Below are positions 10,823 to 18,447 of a stretch of DNA of 36,848 nucleotides, one piece after another. The notes under the pieces are model-generated. The model searched no databases. It saw nothing but the letters and a program-made list of their open reading frames with translations, and was not told where the DNA came from. Position numbers and translations under genes: made by a program. Origin of the DNA: Thermodesulfobacteriota bacterium (GTDB lineage: Bacteria; Desulfobacterota; Desulfobulbia; Desulfobulbales; SURF-16); contig JBFMAY010000042.1 of the NCBI GenBank assembly GCA_040755455.1, positions 1 through 36,848 on the forward strand, written 5' to 3'. Each line of letters opens with the position of its first letter. Position 1 is the stretch's first letter.

Positions 10823-11203
10823 ATGTTTGGCATCGGTCTCCCTGAATTTATTCTGATCCTTGCTCTGGCCCTGATTGTCGTCGGCCCGGAAAAATTGCCG
10901 GATCTGGCCAAGACTCTCGCCAAACAGCTCCTGGAGTTGAAAAAGACGGCCAATGCCCTGAAAGACTCTTTGCAGGAAGAGCTGAAGGAGACTGAGCGGG
11001 CCGCGGCGGAGAATAAGCAGCTCACTGCCGGCAAGGTTGCCGCCTTGCCCGGGGAAAAGAAGGACGGGGAGGAGGAAAGGACCGACGGCCACCCGGTGAT
11101 TGATGTCGAGGCCCGTCCGGCCGAGGACGTTTATCAGGAGGCGGGCAAGGCTGCCGCCCCGGACGCCGCTGTCGCAGACGGAGCGGCGGAAAAGAAGGGC
11201 TGA
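10823..11203 (+). CDS. tatB: Twin-arginine translocase TatA/TatB-family subunit (TatB-like)
   Basis: MFGIGLPEFILILALALIVVGPEKLP followed by an amphipathic helix; overlaps the tatC start (TGATG). Confidence 0.9.
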   Translation: MFGIGLPEFILILALALIVVGPEKLPDLAKTLAKQLLELKKTANALKDSLQEELKETERAAAENKQLTAGKVAALPGEKKDGEEERTDGHPVIDVEARPAEDVYQEAGKAAAPDAAVADGAAEKKG

Positions 11204-11949
11204 TGAGTCCGCTGGCCGACCATTTCGGTGATCATCTCAAAGAGTTGCGGCGCCGGGTCAGCATCGCCTTTGCCGCGGTGGTTCTCTGTTCGCTCGCCGC
11301 CTATTTTTTTTCCAGCCAGCTGGCCAGATTTCTGGTGGTGCCGCTCTTTCGGGCCAGCCCCGAGCTGTCGTCGCTGGTCTACACCAATCTCACCGAGGCC
11401 TTTGTCAGTTATCTGAAGATTTCCATGCTGGTTGGACTGACCGCAGCCTTTCCGGTCATGCTGTATGAGGCATGGGCCTTTGTCTCCCCCGGATTGCATA
11501 AGCAGGAAAAGAAGGTCATCCTTGCCGTGGTTTTCTGGGCCACGTTGCTCTTCGGCTTTGGCGTTTGTTTCGCCTATTTTGTCATTATGCCCCAGGCTCT
11601 CAAGTTTTTGATGGGTTTCAGCGGCGACAAGCTGCAGGCCCTGCCCAAGCTTGATTCCTATCTGACCTTTGTCATCCGCTCTTCCCTGGCCTTTGGGCTG
11701 TCCTTTGAGATTCCGTTTCTCATGGTTGCCGCAGGCAAAACCGGGCTTGTGCCGCGGGGCTATTTCTCCAGGCAGCGCCGATATTTTTATCCGGCCATTG
11801 TTGTGCTCGCCTTTCTCCTGGCCGCCGGGGACATGGTTTCGACCTTGCTGCTGGCCCTGCCGCTTTTCGGCCTCTATGAAACCGGCATCCTGGTGATGCG
11901 GATTTTTATCCGCCAGGCAAAAGGCGAAGGGCAGAAGGCAAAAGGGTGA
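11203..11949 (+). CDS. tatC: Twin-arginine translocase TatC
   Basis: HLKELRRR, EAFVSYLK, WAFVSPGL...EK, FGLSFEIP, LYE; multiple TM segments. Confidence 0.96.
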   Translation: MSPLADHFGDHLKELRRRVSIAFAAVVLCSLAAYFFSSQLARFLVVPLFRASPELSSLVYTNLTEAFVSYLKISMLVGLTAAFPVMLYEAWAFVSPGLHKQEKKVILAVVFWATLLFGFGVCFAYFVIMPQALKFLMGFSGDKLQALPKLDSYLTFVIRSSLAFGLSFEIPFLMVAAGKTGLVPRGYFSRQRRYFYPAIVVLAFLLAAGDMVSTLLLALPLFGLYETGILVMRIFIRQAKGEGQKAKG

Positions 11950-11955
11950 AAAACG

Positions 11956-12963
11956 TCAGCCGTTTCGCAGCTCCTGTTTCAGCAGGCAGCAGGAAATGCG
12001 ATAAAGCGGTTTCCCCTGCTCGTCATAGCGGATGTTGCCCGGCTGCAGCAGCTTGTTCATGACGCATCCCTCGGGGATATCAAGGGTGAAGAACCGATCT
12101 TCCGTCAGACCCGTATTTTTGACCAGCCGGTTGTTGTCGATGGTAAAGGCATGCACCGGGAAATCCTCGCACAGGGGACACTGGTAAACCCGGCCGTTGG
12201 GAAAGATAAAGTAGTTTTCCGCCACCCGGCCGGCGCAGGAAAATTCTTCCCTTGCCGCCAGGAAGACCTTGGGGAAAATGACATGGATGCCCAGTCCCGC
12301 AGCCTGTTGCGCCACCCCAGGAATAGCGGACAGCCATTGTTCCGGGGTGAGCTGCAGGTTGTCCTTGGTGTAGCCGGCTGATTTTCCCCTGATGCCGATG
12401 ACCTGGATGAAAAAGCGCCTGACGCCGAGATCCTTGAGTAGCGCCGGCATCAGAACCAGATGGTCGATGTTGATCCGGCTCACCGTGTAAATGAGGCTGA
12501 CGTCAAACCCCATGGCCACCGCTTTCCTGATATTGGCGGTGCAGGTGGCAAACGCCCCTTGGCCGCGGATCGGATCATTGATCTCCGCTGTCGGCCCATC
12601 AAGGCTGAAACTGATGACCGCCTCACCGGGGGCGATGTTGTCCAGCAGGTTATGGAATAAAAAGCCGTTGCTGTCCACGGTCACGGTCTGGTAGCCCAGT
12701 TGTCTGGCCGTTTTGACCGCCGCCGCCAGATCCGGGTGCAGGGTTGGCTCGCCGCCTAAAAAAATCAGGTTTGTCTCCCGGGCCGGATCAAAAAAAAGAC
12801 GCAGCCAGTTCTCCATGGTTTCCCGCGGGACGGCGGAGGTGCCGTGCTGCGCCGGATTGATGTAACAGTGGCGGCAGGAGAGGTTGCAGGCGGTGAGAAT
12901 ATGAAAGAAAACATTTCGCTCCCTGGGTTTGAAGCCGACTGTCCTGGCGGTAAAATTGGTCAT
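11956..12963 (-). CDS. Radical SAM protein with a Cys-rich (SPASM-like) C-terminus
   Basis: CNLSCRHC (CxxxCxxC), GGEP, DSNG, SLDG; C-terminal CAG...PNGRVYQCPLC...C...CC. Start at 12963 after an AAGGAAG RBS. Confidence 0.88.
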   Translation of the reverse strand: MTNFTARTVGFKPRERNVFFHILTACNLSCRHCYINPAQHGTSAVPRETMENWLRLFFDPARETNLIFLGGEPTLHPDLAAAVKTARQLGYQTVTVDSNGFLFHNLLDNIAPGEAVISFSLDGPTAEINDPIRGQGAFATCTANIRKAVAMGFDVSLIYTVSRINIDHLVLMPALLKDLGVRRFFIQVIGIRGKSAGYTKDNLQLTPEQWLSAIPGVAQQAAGLGIHVIFPKVFLAAREEFSCAGRVAENYFIFPNGRVYQCPLCEDFPVHAFTIDNNRLVKNTGLTEDRFFTLDIPEGCVMNKLLQPGNIRYDEQGKPLYRISCCLLKQELRNG

Positions 12964-13190
12964 GGCGCTTCCTTTTCTTGCTTCATCGTGAAAGTCCCCT
13001 TTGCTTGTGCAGGTCATATAAACCCGTAATGCGGCATCTTTTCAAGTCATATTGCGGCAGGGTTTATGGGATTATGGCCAGCAGAAACAATTTTGCGCAT
13101 GGATTCGAGTTGCTATTTCCGATGAATAGAGTAAATTAATTTTTCCAGGAAATGAGGGAAGGTTCAGTAAACGGATATGGAGGAGAGAAC

Positions 13191-13313
13191 ATGAGCGGGC
13201 ATGGGCATGGGCATGGAGATGGACACCACGGAGAAGACAGCACTGTTCCAATGAAGGTTGGTATTTTCCTTATTTGCACCTTTGCTATTATTGCATTGAT
13301 CGCCACTCTTTAG
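13191..13313 (+). CDS. Unannotated 40-aa His/Gly-rich single-pass membrane protein
   Basis: GGAGGAG RBS just upstream of the ATG; MSGHGHGHGDGHHGEDSTVPMKVGIFLICTFAIIALIATL*; followed by a terminator. Below the ORF-track length cutoff. Confidence 0.75.
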   Translation: MSGHGHGHGDGHHGEDSTVPMKVGIFLICTFAIIALIATL

Positions 13314-13361
13314 CAGAGTGTTGGCTAGTCGCCTGCGCGACGGGAAAAACGCCTTACTGTT

Positions 13362-13401
13362 AAACCGGACATTGAGCAGCTTGTCATGTCCGGTTTTTTT
13401 T
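13362..13401 (+). terminator. Rho-independent terminator
   Basis: AAACCGGACAT...ATGTCCGGTTT stem running into a T-tract, between the small ORF and the convergent deaminase. Confidence 0.8.
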
Positions 13402-13435
13402 ATCACGAAACAGCTGTTTTGTTATTCCCGGCCCG

Positions 13436-13942
13436 TCAAGGCTGGCTGAGGGTGTACTGGGCCAGATAGCTGTCCTGCCAGTAACTGTGCTCAGGGTTAA
13501 GGAAAAATTGTTTAAAGAGCTCCAGGCTTTCACTGCGCAGCACGTGGGGAATTACTTCTATCTTTGCCTGGCGGTAGAGGGGAGTGAGCCCTGCCGGGGA
13601 AAGCCTGGTGCCGCCGCCCATGGCGTCTTCATAGGCATAGATGATTGTCGGAATCTGGCTGAGCAGCAGGGCGGCATAGCACATGAGGCAGGGCTCCATG
13701 GTGCAGTAAGCGGTCAGTCTGGCCGGATTGATATCAGGCCAGGTGGTGATGAGATTACGCAGGGCGACCATTTCAGCATGGTCAAGTTCGTTTCTGCCTT
13801 GTGCCCCGCTATTGACCCTGCTGCCTCGTGCCACGACTTTGTTGTCGCAGACCAGGACGCACCCTACCGGAAATTCATTTTCCGCCAGGGCGTGCCGGGC
13901 CTCCTGCAGGGCCTGCTGCATGAAATGTTCGTGATTTATCAT
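13436..13942 (-). CDS. TadA-like nucleoside/tRNA deaminase
   Basis: FMQQALQEA..A...EFPVGCVLV, HAE and EPCLMC zinc motifs. Start MINHEHFM at 13942. Confidence 0.88.
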   Translation of the reverse strand: MINHEHFMQQALQEARHALAENEFPVGCVLVCDNKVVARGSRVNSGAQGRNELDHAEMVALRNLITTWPDINPARLTAYCTMEPCLMCYAALLLSQIPTIIYAYEDAMGGGTRLSPAGLTPLYRQAKIEVIPHVLRSESLELFKQFFLNPEHSYWQDSYLAQYTLSQP

Positions 13943-14140
13943 GGGGTTTCCTTGTGAAAAAATGGACAATCGCAGCTTAAGCTTAATAGCAGGCGGCCGG
14001 CACGTCAACCAGTATGAGGCCGGAGGGCGATAAAATTGCGGCGCCCTGCCTGCGGCGGCTTACGGGCGGCAGGCAGGCCGCCCGGGGCAGCCCACCCTGC
14101 ATTGATGGCCAAGGTCAGTAACAAAATGCATAACAAGAAA

Positions 14141-15181
14141 ATGTTATCCATACGTGAGGAAATAGAAGAGAGAGAAAGAATTCATCTCTCGCCTTACGCC
14201 TGTTTAAGCGCTGAAAGCCAAGGCCGTTTTGTGCCGGTGGAGATATGCCCGATCCGCAGCGCCTTCCAGTGTGACCGGGACAGTATTGTCTATTCAAAGG
14301 CCTTCAGAAGGCTGAAACATAAGACTCAGGTTTTTCTTGCCCCCACCGGGGATCATTGCCGCACCAGATTGACCCATACACTGGAGGTTTCGGAAATTGC
14401 CCGCACCATTGCCAGGGCTTTATCGCTCAATGAAGACCTGGTGGAGGCCATTGCCCTTGCCCATGATCTCGGCCACACCCCATTCGGCCACGCCGGGGAA
14501 AGCGTGCTCAACGAGCTGGTCCCCGGCGGTTTTTCCCATTACCGGCAAAGTTTGCGCGTCGTGGATGTGCTGGAAAACGATGGGCTTGGTCTGAATCTCA
14601 CCTATGAGGTGCGTGACGGCATTGTCAAGCACTCCAAGGGCTATGGCGAGGTATTGCCGGACAATGAGCGCGACCTGCCGGTGACCGCGGAAGGATGCGT
14701 GGTGCGTTATGCCGATATTATCGCCTATCTGAGCCATGATCTGGATGACGCCATCCGCAGTCTGGTCATCCGCAAGGACGCCATCCCGGCAAGGTGCCGG
14801 CAGGTGCTGGGCAACGAGCACTCCAGGCGCATCGTCACCATGATCCAGGCAGTGCTTGCCGCTACCGAGCCACGCAACGGCAAGCTGGTATTCGGGGTGG
14901 AGAAGGAGGTCGGGGAGGTCATGCAGCTGCTCCGCCAGTTTTTATATATTAATGTCTATAGTTCGCCCCAGGTGCATACGGAATTTGTCAAGGCCAGCAA
15001 AATGCTGCGGGAGCTGTATCTCTATCTGCTGGACAACCGGGATTTTTTTGACAGGGAGATCGGTTCATTTGCGGTAAGCGCTTCCCCGGAACGGCGGGTG
15101 GTTGATTTCATTGCCAGCATGACGGATCGCTATGCCCAGAACATGTATCAGCGGATTTTCTGGCCCCGGTCGCTGGCATAA
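14141..15181 (+). CDS. dgt: dGTP triphosphohydrolase-like HD protein (short type)
   Basis: AFRRLKHKTQVF, RTRLTHTLEV, AHDLGHTPFGHAGE, ADIIAYLSHDLDD, DFIASMTDRYA. Confidence 0.9.
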   Translation: MLSIREEIEERERIHLSPYACLSAESQGRFVPVEICPIRSAFQCDRDSIVYSKAFRRLKHKTQVFLAPTGDHCRTRLTHTLEVSEIARTIARALSLNEDLVEAIALAHDLGHTPFGHAGESVLNELVPGGFSHYRQSLRVVDVLENDGLGLNLTYEVRDGIVKHSKGYGEVLPDNERDLPVTAEGCVVRYADIIAYLSHDLDDAIRSLVIRKDAIPARCRQVLGNEHSRRIVTMIQAVLAATEPRNGKLVFGVEKEVGEVMQLLRQFLYINVYSSPQVHTEFVKASKMLRELYLYLLDNRDFFDREIGSFAVSASPERRVVDFIASMTDRYAQNMYQRIFWPRSLA

Positions 15182-15267
15182 GGCTGAGTCGCGGTAAACG
15201 GGCTTTGATTATTTTGCCGGTTTATTATAATCAGGGAACATTATTCATCACAGATGGAGTTTTTTTT

Positions 15268-15576
15268 ATGTCAGAAGAAACAAAGTTCATACCCTATGAG
15301 GTGGCGTTGAAGATCGTCGGCAACGTTATTGAAGAAGAGCATATCCATGAGCCGGACAGGCGCATTCTGACCGTCTATGACAAGCAGGGCAATGAGCTCT
15401 GCTGGTATGATGCGGAGGAGATACTTGCCGAGGCCAGGCCGGACAACCCGAAGGATAAGGATTCGATCAAAATGGCCGCGGTCGAGGTGATCATGCACCA
15501 GATCCCGGTATGGGTCATGGAGGATGTTCTCAAAAGGATGGAGCAGCAGGCGAAACAGGACAAGAAGGAAGGCTGA
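15268..15576 (+). CDS. Hypothetical acidic protein (102 aa)
   Basis: GGAG RBS before ATG 15268; host-like codon usage; no motif recognised. Confidence 0.7.
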   Translation: MSEETKFIPYEVALKIVGNVIEEEHIHEPDRRILTVYDKQGNELCWYDAEEILAEARPDNPKDKDSIKMAAVEVIMHQIPVWVMEDVLKRMEQQAKQDKKEG

Positions 15577-15588
15577 AGTCCGCCAGCG

Positions 15589-16404
15589 CTACAGCACCCC
15601 GACGGGCATGGGCGGGACCCTTTCCGATCCCAGGGGGTAGCCGCCATCAAGCCGCATAACGCTGCCGGTCATATAACCGGCATCTTCGATCAGGAAGAAG
15701 ACCGCCTTGATGATGTCGGCAATTTTTCCTGTGCGGCCAAGCAGGGTATGGTTGATAATGGCCTGCCGTTCTTCCTCGGTCAGCAGCGGCCAGCCCCTGG
15801 TGCCTTCCGCATGCCGGGTTTCAAAGAAGCCGAGCATCAATTCGTTGACCCTGACCTCCGGCGCGCCTTGGCGGGCCCAAGTCTCCGTAAAGGAGGAAAC
15901 GGCCCTGTTGGCGGCGCTGTAGCCATCGTTGAAGATGAGCCCTGCCGGCCCTGAGCGGCCCACCAGCCCTGCGATTGAGGAGATGGTGATCGCCGTTCCG
16001 TCGCCGGAGGCCTTCAGCAGGGGGAGGGCGCGGTTAAAGACGAACCATTTGGCCTTGAGGGTGGTGGCCATTTCAAGATCCCATTGCTCTGGGGTGTAGG
16101 GACCATGGACCACCGGCATGCCGCCACGCTCAATATTGTTGATCAGGATGTCAAGGCCGCCAAAGCGGGCTTCGATTTTGGCAAACAAACCGGCGATCTC
16201 ATCGGCATGGCGCAGGTCGACTTTTACCGTCAGGTGTTCAGCGCCCAGGGCGGTGAATTGCTCCTGCATCTGCCTGCTCTCCTCTGGCCAGTCGTAATAG
16301 GTGAGCACGACCTTCGCCCCTGCGGAGGCCAGGGCGAGGCCAAGATGTTTGCCGATTCCTTTTGCCGCCCCGAGCACCAGTGCTGTTTTCCCCGGTATTT
16401 GCAT
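15589..16404 (-). CDS. SDR-family oxidoreductase, atypical (YxxxN)
   Basis: GKTALVLGAAKGIG Rossmann motif, LDILINN, ISSIAG, YSAAN, VRVN, YMTG...LDGG. Start MQIPGK at 16404. Confidence 0.88.
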   Translation of the reverse strand: MQIPGKTALVLGAAKGIGKHLGLALASAGAKVVLTYYDWPEESRQMQEQFTALGAEHLTVKVDLRHADEIAGLFAKIEARFGGLDILINNIERGGMPVVHGPYTPEQWDLEMATTLKAKWFVFNRALPLLKASGDGTAITISSIAGLVGRSGPAGLIFNDGYSAANRAVSSFTETWARQGAPEVRVNELMLGFFETRHAEGTRGWPLLTEEERQAIINHTLLGRTGKIADIIKAVFFLIEDAGYMTGSVMRLDGGYPLGSERVPPMPVGVL

Positions 16405-16421
16405 GGCAGGGAAGGGGGAGA

Positions 16422-18122
16422 TTACAGAATGCTCTTTTGTCCCGGCAGCATGGAAAGCGAACCAACCGCCTCCGGATCGCTGACCTGTAGCCGGGTGCCC
16501 GGATGGATCACGTCGCTGCTCAGGTTGTTCCATTGCTTGAGCTGATCCGCCGTGAGATCATAACGGCGGGCAATGGAATACAGGGTGTCGCCGCTCTGCA
16601 CCTGATAGTAGACTGGTTTGACGGCAGCGGTCATTTCTTTCTTGCCGCCGGAGCGGGTGACAACGACATTGGCTGCGTCGCTGCTGTTTGCGACATAGAG
16701 AGCAAGCTGCTGTCCTGTTTTGATCTGATTGATATTGCTCAAATCATTCCATGAGGCGATGAGCTGGGGGGTGACATTGTAGCGGCTGGCGATGAGCGAA
16801 ATGGTTTCGCCGCGCTGCACCTTGTGCAGCACCATGCGGCTTTCTGCCCGGTCCGCGGCCCGCAGCGGCATCTCTTTGTCCAGCAGGGCGTAGTTGGTGA
16901 TCTGATAGGGGATACGCAGCCGCTGGCCCTCGGACAGCGTGGATTTGCGCAGATTATTTGCCTTGAGCAGCGTTGTTTTGTTTACATTGTAGAGATTGCA
17001 GATTTTTGTCAGGGTTTCCTGTTTTTTGACCACATGGGTTTTGTAGTCGATGGTGGCGGTTTCCTTGACCCTGGGGAGATTTTTCGCCACCAGCTCTTTC
17101 TGGCCGACCGGGACTTTCAGCTTATAACTGTCATGGTGCGGCGGGGTGACGAGCTGGGGCAGGTTGCGGTTCAGATTGCGCAGTTCGTCGAGGTTGGTTT
17201 TGCAGGCAACCTCCACGGCCCGCAATGAGGTCCGGGCCGGCACCTCCACAAACTCGTAAGCCAGGGGCGGCTCATAGTTGATGCCGGTGAAACCGTACTT
17301 TTCAGGGTTTTTGGCAATGATAATGGCGGCAATGAGCTTGGGCACGTATCTTTTGGTCTCGCTGGGCAGGTACTGCTCCTGGGCCAGCTCCCAGAAGTCG
17401 CTGGCATTGGAGTTCTTGATGCCTTTGCTGATCGTGCCGCCGCCGGCATTATAGGCGGCTACCGCCAGCTGCCAGTCCCCGAACATGCCATAGAGATCGG
17501 ACAGAAAGGCAACGGCCGCTTTGGTCGATTTTTCCGGGTCGCGGCGGTCATCCACGTATCGGTTGATTTCCAGGCCGTAATCAAGGGCGGTGGAATGCAT
17601 GAACTGCCAGGGGCCGACGGCATTGGCCGTTGAGCATGCCGTAAGGCTGTAGCCGCTTTCAATCATCGGCAGATAAGCCAGGTCCTCGGGAAGCCCGGCC
17701 TCCCGCAGTTCTTCCTTGATCATCGGCAGATAGCGGGTGGAGCGTTCAAGCCAGCGGGTGAAGATATCCCGTTGCTTGTTCTGGAAAAAATCCAGATAGA
17801 ACTCAACCTGTTTGTTCATGGTCACCGGGAAATCATAACTGACTTCTTCAGGCGTGTAAGGATTTCCGGGCACCCAGGCACCAAGGTTTTCCAGTTCTTG
17901 CAACTCTTCGGTAACGGTTATTTCCGGTTCAGGAACGGTTACTTCATCAGCCGCCAACTCCGGGTCAAGAACCTCGTCGGAGCCACCATCGGACTCTTTC
18001 GCGGCAAAAGTGGCGTCGGCAGAGGGCGACAGGCTCGTGGAGTCGGTTGCCGCGCAGCCCCACATGGAGGCCAGCAGAAAGGGCAGGATAAATAAAAAAA
18101 GATATGTTGGTTGATGTCGCAT
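16422..18122 (-). CDS. mltD: MltD-like lytic transglycosylase lipoprotein with three LysM domains
   Basis: MWG-C lipobox; SLT motifs MIES, AVGPWQFM, AAYNAG, ETKRYVPK; three LysM repeats (HVVKKQETL, HKVQRGETI, YQVQSGDTL). Confidence 0.9.
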   Translation of the reverse strand: MRHQPTYLFLFILPFLLASMWGCAATDSTSLSPSADATFAAKESDGGSDEVLDPELAADEVTVPEPEITVTEELQELENLGAWVPGNPYTPEEVSYDFPVTMNKQVEFYLDFFQNKQRDIFTRWLERSTRYLPMIKEELREAGLPEDLAYLPMIESGYSLTACSTANAVGPWQFMHSTALDYGLEINRYVDDRRDPEKSTKAAVAFLSDLYGMFGDWQLAVAAYNAGGGTISKGIKNSNASDFWELAQEQYLPSETKRYVPKLIAAIIIAKNPEKYGFTGINYEPPLAYEFVEVPARTSLRAVEVACKTNLDELRNLNRNLPQLVTPPHHDSYKLKVPVGQKELVAKNLPRVKETATIDYKTHVVKKQETLTKICNLYNVNKTTLLKANNLRKSTLSEGQRLRIPYQITNYALLDKEMPLRAADRAESRMVLHKVQRGETISLIASRYNVTPQLIASWNDLSNINQIKTGQQLALYVANSSDAANVVVTRSGGKKEMTAAVKPVYYQVQSGDTLYSIARRYDLTADQLKQWNNLSSDVIHPGTRLQVSDPEAVGSLSMLPGQKSIL

Positions 18123-18447
18123 TCTTCACAGTCCACAATGGATAGGTTAATAAGCATAAGAATGTTCTCAGCAACAATGCAATCATGATTGAACATCCAT
18201 AGTTGTGGGCCTTTTGACTGGAGAAGCCGGTACAGCATGAAAAAGAAATAGCAAGATTAATACCATATCCCCTCTAGTTTTTTACATGACATGGAGGGCA
18301 AATGCAATTAAATTGTCGTCTCTCTCATGCTTTTCTTGCGCATGAGCCTGAAAAGCATTATGAGATTACTTTGCTATTCACTGGTATTTTTTGGGTTTTT
18401 TTGAAAATTATTGGTGAATTACCATTCATTTTTATATTGTTACGGGA

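Noticed and set aside
13164..13406. 80-aa minus-strand ORF with a PMPMP repeat
   Set aside because: Antisense of the His-rich microprotein; it starts inside the terminator and has no RBS.
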